Below the pieces are notes generated by a model. That model was not told the origin of the DNA, searched no databases, and saw only the letters and a list, made by a program, of their open reading frames with translations. Shown here piece by piece: positions 25,201 to 33,295 of a stretch of DNA of 34,546 nt (positions within the stretch are counted from its first letter, which is position 1; each line of letters starts with the position of its first letter). Made by a program: the position numbers and the translations under genes. Source of the stretch: a virus (lineage: Duplodnaviria; Caudoviricetes); the IMG/VR virus record IMGVR_UViG_3300005611_000106, positions 1 to 34,546 of that record; one strand, given 5' to 3'.

Positions 25201-26846
25201 CATTCCCATCACTTCCTACTGAAACAGCAAGAACATATAGTCGCTCAGACTTACAGTCTGTGGTTGAACCTGTTAAAAACAAGCGATTCACGATGAAGGA
25301 CATCGGACAAATCGCGGGACGTATTGATAGACTTGAATACTATACTGCATTGAACTTGCTTGAAAAGTCAGCAGCAGATTTGTTTATTGCTGATGGTTCT
25401 GGTAATGATCGATTTAAGAACGGTATTCTAGTAGATAAGTTTGCAGGACACGGTGTAGGTGATGTAACCAACCTTGACTATGCGACTGCGATTGATCGTT
25501 CTAAATCAGAAGCAAGACCACAGATTAAAAATAGAGAAGTTCAAATTAAATTTGATTCTTCATCATCTACAAATGCTGTGATCAAACCAAATGATGTCCG
25601 ATTGACATTTGAAGGTGCGAGCACAACATATTCTAATGGAGAAATCATTACCGTAGGTTCGGCATCTGGTACACTGCTGTATCAAGTTAGCAACAGATTA
25701 TACTTAGTAAATACAACCGGCACTTTTTTAACTGGAACTCAAGCAGTTGGTGGCACAAGTTCTGCAAACCAAACTGTCACTGCTGTCCAAACTGTACCAA
25801 ATGGTAAAGCAGTTACTTTACCTTATGAAAATGTAATTTTTGGTCAGCAGTTAAGTGCTACAAATAGAAGATTTTCTGGTGGGTTTTCTCACAATTGGGT
25901 AGGTGAGGTTACACTCAATCCGTCTCAGGATTATTGGATTGATACTACGAGAAATCCAGATGTTCAAGTTAACTTTGATCTTCAAAATTCAAATTTCTTA
26001 GATACGGTCAATCCATTTGATACAGAATTTGCGTTTGATGAAACTCTGATATTTGGTTCAACTACGTTTACTACTGATGCCGAATTATCAAGTGCAATAT
26101 CTAATTCAAATCGAGAAGCAACTATCCAGTTAACAACTAATCAACAAACACAACAGAGTGGATTAAATCTTGCAATTGGAATGAACTCTCAAGTTGTTCC
26201 TTTCACAGATACCCAATCAGTTGGTGATAGAATTGTTGATGTTAATGTCGTTCCATTTATTAGAGAGCAAATGATACAGGTTACTGGAAGAGGATTTAAA
26301 CCTTCAACTAGACTATATGCATTTTTTGATGGTGAAAATGTTTCTGATTTTGTAACACCTATGAACTCATCATTTTCTGCAAATACTGGAAGTGAAGGGT
26401 CTCCTTTAATCAGTAGCACTACGGGTGAGATTTTTGCTGAATTTAGTATTCCAAACAGTGATGTTTTGAGATTTAGAGTTGGTGAAAAACGATTTAGATT
26501 AACTGATAGTGAAATAAACTCTCAGATTTCTGGTCTGGTAACTACGTCAGGGGAAGCAGTATTTACTGCTCAAGGACTTGCGTCTACAGTTGAAAATTCT
26601 ATAGTTTCTATTGAATCGCCACAGATTATTCAAGATTTGATAGTTGAGGCGGAAGCATACACCGAAGTTATTGACCGCACAGAGAACACATCTGCGGTTA
26701 CTATTCCAACTGGAACTCCACCTAGATATGACGGTGGCGGTGATGATGCTGATTTCACTGGTAGTGATGGAACAACTATCAGTGGTGGATCTACTTGTGG
26801 ACCTGATGGGTCTATTGGTGGTACTTCAAGCGATGCTCCCCCATAA
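22248..26846 (+). CDS. Large virion structural protein, VrlC/DUF4815-like (N-terminal part)
   Basis: NFNV.PYYDDFD...NFYRILFRPG..VQARELTQ.QT.LQNQI..FG.H.F.EGS, APGADR, LA.RTFDESGNY.V, GKAYVKG, RFTM.DIG....RI..LEYYTAL.LLE, RFKNG..VD.F. Confidence 0.88.
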   Translation: MAFSNTVSLTTNFNVDPYYDDFDENNNFYRILFRPGFGVQARELTQMQTMLQNQIDRFGEHIFREGSIVKGCEFLYDQSIDYIKIRDNNASGNSANTRSFFGQTLVSSTTGVEANVYFGITGSEANDPNLKTLFVRYTKSSANGTFKTFISGEQLTTSDSSLTCNVATEGVQSDNVTGFGSLFRVDEGIIFAKDHFIKVPAQIGVISSYSDTPSVRVGFNVLETIVTSETTSTPNDIFAFNNIASGFNGSQLTDPASGSFNFAAPGADRLQLHPRLATRNFNQTDVSSSNFIEIAQIDSGQLVTYKQKPQYAEIRDYLAKRTFDESGNYTVRGLNIRLREHLNDGTNGGVFTLANGGNTSTLSVDVAPGKAYVKGFDIEKLKTTHVQVDKGIDFVDVEDINITSQYGNYVLVDEVVGVWDVNLHANVSIRNAAANAISNNDYSTTSAVGAEIGSAKVRSLVRESGTPGDPDAQYRLYLYDIQMSGADFADARSFYFDSASFADGKADAVLSGGNAVLNETGFRKAVFPVGYSAVRRIKDSTGASDTDYEFMRVFNGLTIANSGVVTATSPNADELFPYTAGSSVSSPREKFYLVFNAAANTVVYDGTVAMSDASKTVTGTSTNFTNYINPGDVLKFSGYANTFTVDTVDNDTQLTVLESANAAISSASYLKQFPVGKVIDVAGKGSATAGGSGATRTVTIGNPATSATIDIKEPLNSAVSVSLITSLNKANATQIAKTLKIKRRVQIKVDSNLGGTSGPWCLGFPDILRITEVRVQNGSDFTALTQGTDYTTQFELDNGQRDGMYGLGFLKQKSTSTLTLAAGDRILVTLDYFEHDRSGGVGFLSVDSYPVNDTSPANTEIFTQQIPIYISPTDGSRIDLRNALDYRPFVDLTATDTDTLGSMSSDPANNHVVSSTNITSGQGIRFPRPNENATVDLSFFEGRNDLIVIEPSGDVRAVRGTPSGNPKFPIEPADAMTIAKVRISPFPSLPTETARTYSRSDLQSVVEPVKNKRFTMKDIGQIAGRIDRLEYYTALNLLEKSAADLFIADGSGNDRFKNGILVDKFAGHGVGDVTNLDYATAIDRSKSEARPQIKNREVQIKFDSSSSTNAVIKPNDVRLTFEGASTTYSNGEIITVGSASGTLLYQVSNRLYLVNTTGTFLTGTQAVGGTSSANQTVTAVQTVPNGKAVTLPYENVIFGQQLSATNRRFSGGFSHNWVGEVTLNPSQDYWIDTTRNPDVQVNFDLQNSNFLDTVNPFDTEFAFDETLIFGSTTFTTDAELSSAISNSNREATIQLTTNQQTQQSGLNLAIGMNSQVVPFTDTQSVGDRIVDVNVVPFIREQMIQVTGRGFKPSTRLYAFFDGENVSDFVTPMNSSFSANTGSEGSPLISSTTGEIFAEFSIPNSDVLRFRVGEKRFRLTDSEINSQISGLVTTSGEAVFTAQGLASTVENSIVSIESPQIIQDLIVEAEAYTEVIDRTENTSAVTIPTGTPPRYDGGGDDADFTGSDGTTISGGSTCGPDGSIGGTSSDAPP

Positions 26847-26896
26847 CACTTAAGATGTATATAGAGCGTATGATTATTAAATTCAAGGTAAATTAA

Positions 26897-28654
26897 ATGA
26901 AACCAATTGCACAAACATTTTCAGTTAAAGATTATTCTAGTGCCAGCACATCTTTTTTAAGTTTGCCTGGAATTTATTTAACTAAAATTGATTTATTTTT
27001 TGCACAAAAAGACTCAACATATGGGGCAGTTGTAGAAGTTCGCGAAGTTGATCCTACATCATCATATGTCACACCTAAAAGAGTTCCTTTTGCAAAAGTT
27101 GAATTATCTTCTGACGATATTAACATAAGCGAAGATGGTTCAGCACCTACTCCTGCAATTTTTTCAACTCCTGTATTTTTAAGAAATGATATTCAATATG
27201 CAATTGTGATTAAACCTCAAGGTGGAAATCCTAATACTCGTTTGTTTGTAGCAAGAATTGGTGAAAGAGATTTAATTACTGACGATAGGGTTACTAAACA
27301 ACCAGCAGTTGGTGTGTTATTCTCTTCTACCAACGATAATCAATACGTTCAAGTCCCAGAAGAAGATTTGAAGTTTAGATTGTATAGAGCGAATTTTACA
27401 CCAACATCGGGAACTGCATTTTTCAACAATGCTGATCTTGACTTTTTCGCTGTAGCAAATGTTAGTTCTGCATTTTCACGAGGTGGTGAAATTGTTCATG
27501 GTGAGACCACACTGACACTTGGTTCGACTGTTACTGCAAACGTTGGTGAAACTGCAAACGGTCAAACATCAGGCACAATCTTTGATGTTCGCACAAATAC
27601 AGGTGGGGCAACCAACTCAATTAATGTAATTGGCACATCAAACAATACTTTGTCACCAACTCCATTTACACCAAGCGAAACAATCAACTTCCACTTTGCA
27701 AATGGTTTAGCAACGGGACAAAGTGCGACACTTTCAAGTCAATCGACTCCAACAGGTCGTCTGCGTTTGTATGATCCAAGAACTGCTACTAATACTTCAA
27801 TTGTCCTTGCAAATAGTTCTGGTACATTTGTAGAAAATACCTTAATAAAAGGTCAAGTTGGTGGGCAGACCGCACGAATCGCAAGTATTGATGACTTAAT
27901 TGTTCACCGTGTCAACCCACATATTGAATACTTACAACCACTTGGGACAACCTATACGGCAAATGGTAAGTTTGCACTAACAGGTTCGACTTTGGATACG
28001 AAGTTCCGTGCGTTGAATATCAATGAGGCATTCGACTTTGATATTAAGAGAGAGGTTCTTAGTAAATCAAATGAAACTAACAACCTGAGTGGTAATAAGT
28101 CAGCACAGATCACAACTGCATTGTTTACGTCTGTTCCTGCATTGTCACCAATCATTCATTTGGATCGTTCAACACTATCATTGACTCGCAACTATATCAA
28201 CAATGATAGCACGAATGAAGATGGCATCTCTGGTGGTAATGCACAGACTAGATATATAACTAAGACTGTGACACTTGCTGAAGGACAAGATGCCGAAGAT
28301 TTGAAGGCATATGTTGCGGCATACAAACCAAGCAGTGCAACCATCGAAGTTTACTATAAGATTCTGAATGATTCGGATGAAGGTCCAATCGAGCAACGCA
28401 CTTGGACTCAAATGACTCAATCGACAAGCACTGCAACAAACTCAAGTGATTTGAACCAAAACGACTTCAAAGAGTTTGAGTTTACTGTTCCGACTGCACA
28501 GTTAACTGGTTCAGGTGGTGAAGTGCAATATGATGCAAATGGTGTAACATATACTGGATTTAAGCGATTCGCAATCAAGATTGTGTTGCTGACAAGTAAT
28601 CCAGCAAATCCACCAAGATTAAAAGACTTTAGGGCAATCGCATTACAAATCTAA
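26897..28654 (+). CDS. VrlC/DUF4815-like structural protein, C-terminal part as a separate gene
   Basis: Begins PIAQTF, then G..LT.IDLFF..K, F..PVFL, EDLKF.LYRA.F, YITK.V.L, F..FAIKIV, PR.KD.RAIAL. Has its own AAGGT RBS. Confidence 0.85.
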   Translation: MKPIAQTFSVKDYSSASTSFLSLPGIYLTKIDLFFAQKDSTYGAVVEVREVDPTSSYVTPKRVPFAKVELSSDDINISEDGSAPTPAIFSTPVFLRNDIQYAIVIKPQGGNPNTRLFVARIGERDLITDDRVTKQPAVGVLFSSTNDNQYVQVPEEDLKFRLYRANFTPTSGTAFFNNADLDFFAVANVSSAFSRGGEIVHGETTLTLGSTVTANVGETANGQTSGTIFDVRTNTGGATNSINVIGTSNNTLSPTPFTPSETINFHFANGLATGQSATLSSQSTPTGRLRLYDPRTATNTSIVLANSSGTFVENTLIKGQVGGQTARIASIDDLIVHRVNPHIEYLQPLGTTYTANGKFALTGSTLDTKFRALNINEAFDFDIKREVLSKSNETNNLSGNKSAQITTALFTSVPALSPIIHLDRSTLSLTRNYINNDSTNEDGISGGNAQTRYITKTVTLAEGQDAEDLKAYVAAYKPSSATIEVYYKILNDSDEGPIEQRTWTQMTQSTSTATNSSDLNQNDFKEFEFTVPTAQLTGSGGEVQYDANGVTYTGFKRFAIKIVLLTSNPANPPRLKDFRAIALQI

Positions 28655-28875
28655 TGGCATTACTTCAAGTAGAAGATAGACCTGAACTGGTCAAAGATAC
28701 TACAACTAAGGCAGTCCTCAATACTGACACGACTGCCTTGGAAGCGTACCGAAGACGCAGAGAAGCACAACGTGAAGTTAGAAATATGTGCGAAGAAATA
28801 GACGATATTAAAAACGATATTGCGGATATTAAATCTCTACTTAAAGAGATTATAAATAACCGTATTGGAGATTAA
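28654..28875 (+). CDS. Small coiled-coil hypothetical protein
   Basis: LVKD..T.AVLNTD...EAY followed by a heptad helix; coupled by TAATG. Confidence 0.75.
   Translation: MALLQVEDRPELVKDTTTKAVLNTDTTALEAYRRRREAQREVRNMCEEIDDIKNDIADIKSLLKEIINNRIGD
28851..28858 (+). promoter_or_regulatory. T4 late promoter
   Basis: Exact TATAAATA, 29 nt before the ATG at 28888. Confidence 0.75.
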
Positions 28876-28887
28876 AGGGGTTAGGTA

Positions 28888-29364
28888 ATGGCGAAAGTCG
28901 CTAATGTCAATTTGACGGATACTTTCAATACATGGCGTGTTCGTACAAACCAGTTGTTTTCACGAGTAAATCAGTTTGCAATAACTGAAAGTACACTCTA
29001 TGCGAACACGGTAGTTGCAAACAACCAGTTATTGTTGCCAAACGCAGGTAAAGCAAATAGTTCAGCATTTTTAACACACAACTGGCATTTGGAGTCGGCA
29101 AACTTCAATGTAAACTCTGGTTCTAACTATTTTGCGGATATACGAAGTGGTTCTATTATTGGAACTTTACCGGCATCTGCATCAATCGGTGATCAGTTCA
29201 GAGTGATTGTCATTGGAAACGCAACTGTTAACCCATTCAAAGTAAGTCGAAATGGACATCGTATCCAAGGCGAACTTGCTAACTTACAGATTTCAACAGC
29301 AAATGCAGGTTTTGGTCTAGTATACGCTAATGCGAATACTGGATGGAGAATCCAAGAGGTATAA
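28888..29364 (+). CDS. Fibre attachment/adaptor protein (gp9/gp10/gp34-repeat-like domain)
   Basis: N-terminal DTFNTWR..TN. C-terminal YFAD..SG....TLPAS.S.GD...V.......NP..V.RNG..IQG...L.I.T..AGF.LVY.....GW. Confidence 0.7.
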   Translation: MAKVANVNLTDTFNTWRVRTNQLFSRVNQFAITESTLYANTVVANNQLLLPNAGKANSSAFLTHNWHLESANFNVNSGSNYFADIRSGSIIGTLPASASIGDQFRVIVIGNATVNPFKVSRNGHRIQGELANLQISTANAGFGLVYANANTGWRIQEV

Positions 29365-29365
29365 C

Positions 29366-30436
29366 ATGGCAGATACTATTAACTTAGGAAAAATCAAAGG
29401 TGAAACTGGTACTACAACGCCAGTAGGAACTATTTTACCTTGGACTGCAGCAACTGCACCAACAGGATTCCTGAAGTGTGACGGGTCTGCTGTTTCTCGT
29501 GCAACTTATGCTGCTTTGTTTGAAGTTGTAGGTACAACTTATGGTGTTGGTGACGGTTCAACTACGTTCAATCTTCCAGATTTGACATCTCGTACACTGG
29601 TTGCGGCAAATACATCAACGAATGTTGGTCAAGCGGGTGGTTTGAACAAAGTCACCCCAACCTTAAATCAAAACCTTGCGGCAACAGCACCCGCAGTAAC
29701 AGGTGCAGTGACCGCAAACGTTACAGGTAACGTGGCGGCAGGTGTTGGTAACTTGGCAGTCAATGCAGCAACACTGACGGGTTCGGTGACCGCTGATGCG
29801 GGTACTCTTGCGACATCAACAACGATTAATGGTGTGCCAGGCGCAACACAAAACCTTGCTACATCAGTAACTCAAAACTTAGCGGGTGCTTCAAACTCAA
29901 ACTTGGGTGGTAACTTAACGGGTAATGTGTCAAACCATACACTATCACTTTCTCAGATTCCAAGTCATGGACATACTGTTAGACACTCGCCAAGTTCTCA
30001 CTTCCAAATAGCAGGTGGTATTCTTAGTCCGATTAGTGGTTCTGGTAACCAACAGAATCCCCAATTTTCCCCTGCAGTGCAGTCCGCAGGTAGCAACTCA
30101 TCACACAATCACGGTCATAACTTTGCTGTGGCGGTTTCAGGTAATGTAGATACAAATGTCACTGGTGCGGTTGGTGTTAATGTTACTGGTTCTGTTGCAC
30201 CAACACTAGGCAACTTAGCGGGCAACTCAACCGTTACAGGTGCTCCAGGTATTACATCAAACTTGGGTGTAAATGCAGCAACATTGGATGGAGCACCAAG
30301 CACTCAACAGAACCTTGGAACATCTGTTACGCAAAATCTAGCAGCGACAGCACCACAAGTAACAGGTTCAGTAGCAGCACAACAAGTATCATTATTCCAA
30401 CCACACTTGGTTGTGATTTACATTATTAAAACTTAA
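29366..30436 (+). CDS. Tail-collar-domain fibre protein (short tail fibre/needle)
   Basis: PVGTI.PW....APTGFL.CDGSAVSR.TYA.LF.VVGTTYG.GDGSTTFNLPDL, then TLS.SQIPSHGH, HNH, and QP..V..YIIKT. Start reassigned to ATG 29366 (GAGG RBS). Confidence 0.9.
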   Translation: MADTINLGKIKGETGTTTPVGTILPWTAATAPTGFLKCDGSAVSRATYAALFEVVGTTYGVGDGSTTFNLPDLTSRTLVAANTSTNVGQAGGLNKVTPTLNQNLAATAPAVTGAVTANVTGNVAAGVGNLAVNAATLTGSVTADAGTLATSTTINGVPGATQNLATSVTQNLAGASNSNLGGNLTGNVSNHTLSLSQIPSHGHTVRHSPSSHFQIAGGILSPISGSGNQQNPQFSPAVQSAGSNSSHNHGHNFAVAVSGNVDTNVTGAVGVNVTGSVAPTLGNLAGNSTVTGAPGITSNLGVNAATLDGAPSTQQNLGTSVTQNLAATAPQVTGSVAAQQVSLFQPHLVVIYIIKT

Positions 30437-30450
30437 TAAAAAGGATTGTT

Positions 30451-31053
30451 ATGCGGTTATTGAATGACCATATTGCTGTTTTTGATAATGTGGTGAGCAA
30501 CGATTTGTGTGATGAGATTATTGAATGGTGGGAAGAACTGGATAAAACCATTACTAAATCACCTCAAGCACAGTCATATCAAGATACAATGGGTGTTAGA
30601 GATGGTCGAGGAACAAATGGTCAGGGAAGTCGAAAAGATATATCTTACTTTGCTGACACTGAAAGAGCACCATTTGAAGAAAGATTAAGAGGTGCAGTAA
30701 ATGATTGTGCGAAAGAATATATAACAGAATACCCAAATCTTGGAAGTGGATATCATTTATCAAATCGTGCTTTGAAGATACAGAAAACACCACCACACGG
30801 TGGATATCATGTATGGCATCATGAGCATAGTTATAATGATATGGCAAGAATATTGGTGTGGACTTTATATTTGAATGATATTCCACAGGGCGAGGGTGAA
30901 ACTGAGTTTTTATATCAAGGATTAAAGGTCAATCCAAAGAAAGGAAGAGTGTGTTTATTTCCAGCAACATATACACATTTGCATAGAGGAAATCCACCAT
31001 ACAGTTGTGATAAATATATTGCAACAGGGTGGTTTTACGCACAACCAACGTAA
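30451..31053 (+). CDS. 2OG-Fe(II) oxygenase (prolyl-hydroxylase-like)
   Basis: GGYHVWHHE (H-x-E), R.LVW.LYLND...GETEF, FPA.YTH.HRGNPP...KYIATGW. Confidence 0.92.
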   Translation: MRLLNDHIAVFDNVVSNDLCDEIIEWWEELDKTITKSPQAQSYQDTMGVRDGRGTNGQGSRKDISYFADTERAPFEERLRGAVNDCAKEYITEYPNLGSGYHLSNRALKIQKTPPHGGYHVWHHEHSYNDMARILVWTLYLNDIPQGEGETEFLYQGLKVNPKKGRVCLFPATYTHLHRGNPPYSCDKYIATGWFYAQPT

Positions 31054-31066
31054 CAGGTAAAGTTAA

Positions 31067-31618
31067 ATGAAATTAACAGTTATAGTTCCAGAGTATAGAA
31101 TACAAGTGTTATACGCTAATAATGATGTAAAAATATTAGACTTCTATACCCCAGAAGGAGAATTTGGGCGAACCGCTACTGGAAATACAACAACTAAAAC
31201 TGCATTTGAAACTGCGGTATCTAATGCAAGTCATAATATGGACGACTATTGGGCGATTCAGTATTCTGGAGATAGTCATGAAATTGAGTTTTCTAATAAT
31301 TCAGGAAATATTATAGTATCTGGAAACACTGGTTTATCGGAATATGTTTCAACACTAGAAACATGGGACGCTATTCTTAAAGAAGAAGAACGTATCGCTT
31401 ATATTCCAACATGGGATCAAATTCGCGAAAATAGGGATGATTTTTTATCGAAATCGGATAAAATCATCGCTTGGTCTACCGAAACTGGTAATACCGTTCC
31501 ATCAGCGTGGACTACATATCGTCAAGAACTCCGTGATATTACCACAACTTACGGTGCTCCAAGCGGAAATACTGAACTCGTAGTATTTCCATCCGAACCT
31601 GCTTGGCCCGGTGCTTAA
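31067..31618 (+). CDS. Tail fibre assembly chaperone-like protein
   Basis: C-terminal W..IR..RD..L..SD.......W.TYRQ.LRDI........FP..P motif; lies downstream of the fibre gene. Confidence 0.75.
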   Translation: MKLTVIVPEYRIQVLYANNDVKILDFYTPEGEFGRTATGNTTTKTAFETAVSNASHNMDDYWAIQYSGDSHEIEFSNNSGNIIVSGNTGLSEYVSTLETWDAILKEEERIAYIPTWDQIRENRDDFLSKSDKIIAWSTETGNTVPSAWTTYRQELRDITTTYGAPSGNTELVVFPSEPAWPGA

Positions 31619-31630
31619 TCTTTCGTAGCG

Positions 31631-31638
31631 TATAAATA
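31631..31638 (+). promoter_or_regulatory. T4 late promoter for gp13
   Basis: Exact intergenic TATAAATA. Confidence 0.88.
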
Positions 31639-31662
31639 GTCCTAGAAAACGAATCTAGGACT
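31638..31662 (+). promoter_or_regulatory. RBS-sequestering hairpin upstream of gp13
   Basis: Perfect 9-bp stem AGTCCTAGA-n7-TCTAGGACT; the 3' arm contains the AGGA Shine-Dalgarno. Confidence 0.7.
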
Positions 31663-31668
31663 TACGCT

Positions 31669-32412
31669 ATGGCAGTACCCGCTTCAAGAACAGAACTCAA
31701 AGACTATTGCCTCAGACGACTTGGATCACCTGTCGTTGACATTAATGTTGACGATGAGCAAGTTGAAGATCGTATTGATGATGCTATAAGATATTATCAA
31801 GATTATCATTACGATGGCACTGAGAGAATCTTTCTCAAACACCAAGTCACAGCAGAAGATATCGCAAACGAATATATCACTATCCCTGAAGCGGTGATTG
31901 GTGTCGTTCGTGTGTTTGATATTGGTGATGCAATCCAATCATCAACTCTGTTTAACATCCGTTATCAAATCCATCTGAATGACTTGTTTGATTTTACATC
32001 AACGACATATGTTCCTTATGTGTCTGCGATGCGACACGTTGAGCAACTTGAAGAAATCTTTGTAGGCAAGAAACCTATTCGTTTCCAACGTCATAAGAAT
32101 CAGTTGAACATTGATATGGATTGGGGTAATGATATCATCGCAGGTGAGTATGTCATCATCGAAGCATACCGTATCCTTGATCCAGATACATATAGTGATG
32201 TCTATGGCGATAAGTGGTTGTTACGTTATGCGACTGCACTGATTAAACGCCAATGGGGTGAAAATCTCAAGAAGTTTGAGGGTATGACTTTACCGGGCGG
32301 TGTCACTTTCAATGGACAAAAGATTTGGGAAGAGGCAACTGAGGAAATCAATAAAATAGAAGAAGAGATGATTAGTTCATACTCTCTCCCTGTTGCTGAT
32401 ATGATGGGATAA
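31669..32412 (+). CDS. gp13: Neck protein gp13
   Basis: P.SR.ELKDYCLRRLG.PV.DINVD.EQ.EDRID.A...Q.YH.DG, YATALIKRQWG.NL.KF.G..LPGGVT.NG. Confidence 0.96.
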   Translation: MAVPASRTELKDYCLRRLGSPVVDINVDDEQVEDRIDDAIRYYQDYHYDGTERIFLKHQVTAEDIANEYITIPEAVIGVVRVFDIGDAIQSSTLFNIRYQIHLNDLFDFTSTTYVPYVSAMRHVEQLEEIFVGKKPIRFQRHKNQLNIDMDWGNDIIAGEYVIIEAYRILDPDTYSDVYGDKWLLRYATALIKRQWGENLKKFEGMTLPGGVTFNGQKIWEEATEEINKIEEEMISSYSLPVADMMG

Positions 32413-32415
32413 CCC

Positions 32416-33285
32416 GTGCCAGTTAATAAGTATTTTAATAACTTCACATATGGTCGAGAGCAAGACCTACTAGAAGACTTGATCATCGAATCCATCAAGG
32501 TGTATGGGCATGAGATGAAGTATTTGCCTCGCACGTTAGTTGAAGAAGATCAACTGTTTGGTGAAGCAAAACTTTCAAAGTTTGATGACAGTGTGCCTGT
32601 TGAAATGTATATCAAAAATGTCGAAGGGTTTGAAGGTGAGGGTGACTTACTTTCAAAGTTTGGTGTTGAGATTCGTGATCAGATGACATTTACAATCGCA
32701 CGAAAGCGATTTGACCAAATCCGTGGTGGTGAATCACTCCAAACCGAAGTTGGATATCAAGTACAAAACGAAACCGCAAACACAGATTCACCATCTCGCC
32801 AGTTTTTGACAGACAATGCTGATATTCACGGCATTATGTTGGAAGCGGGAACTGAGGGTGCAAACAACTATACGATCACATCAAACCGTCCAAACGAAGG
32901 CGATTTGATTTACTTTCCACTGACAGACAAACTATTTGAGATTAAGTTTGTGGAACACGAAGAAGTGTTCTATCAGATGGGTCGTCTACAAACTTATGAC
33001 TTGCGTTGTGAGTTATTCCAATATAGTAGTGAACGTATTGACACGGGTGATTCTGATGTTGATTCAGTAGAAGATGCACTATCAGCAGATGCATTGTTTA
33101 ACGAGTTGACACTTGAAGATGCAAGTGGTTCATTGTCATACGAAGATGGTGATTCTGTAATCACAGAATACAGACTTGAAGATACAGATGACCAAGCAAA
33201 TAATGAGTTCTTTACAACACAGGCACTTTCTGGAATCATCGACTTCAGTGAGACAAATCCATTCTCAGAAGTTGACCGTTGGTGA
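32416..33285 (+). CDS. gp14: Neck protein gp14
   Basis: EQ.L.EDLI.ESI..YG....YLPR, FGE...SKF, EMY.....GF.GEG.LLSKFG.E.RD, RP.EGDLIYFP....LFEIKFVE.E, DFSE.NPF. GTG start. Confidence 0.95.
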   Translation: MPVNKYFNNFTYGREQDLLEDLIIESIKVYGHEMKYLPRTLVEEDQLFGEAKLSKFDDSVPVEMYIKNVEGFEGEGDLLSKFGVEIRDQMTFTIARKRFDQIRGGESLQTEVGYQVQNETANTDSPSRQFLTDNADIHGIMLEAGTEGANNYTITSNRPNEGDLIYFPLTDKLFEIKFVEHEEVFYQMGRLQTYDLRCELFQYSSERIDTGDSDVDSVEDALSADALFNELTLEDASGSLSYEDGDSVITEYRLEDTDDQANNEFFTTQALSGIIDFSETNPFSEVDRW

Positions 33286-33295
33286 GGTGAAGTAA

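Noticed and set aside
26844-26899. Frameshift, read-through or intron joining the two VrlC-like ORFs
   Set aside because: No slippery heptamer before the stop, the gap is too small for a self-splicing intron, and the second ORF has its own RBS and ATG.
28832-28851. 7-bp hairpin AATCTCT-n6-AGAGATT before the late promoter
   Set aside because: AT-rich, inside a CDS, lacks a U-tract and does not cover an RBS; probably chance.
29669-30372. Diversity-generating retroelement or invertible segment in the fibre gene
   Set aside because: The similarity is at protein level with many synonymous differences. No reverse transcriptase, invertase or DNA inverted repeat is seen.
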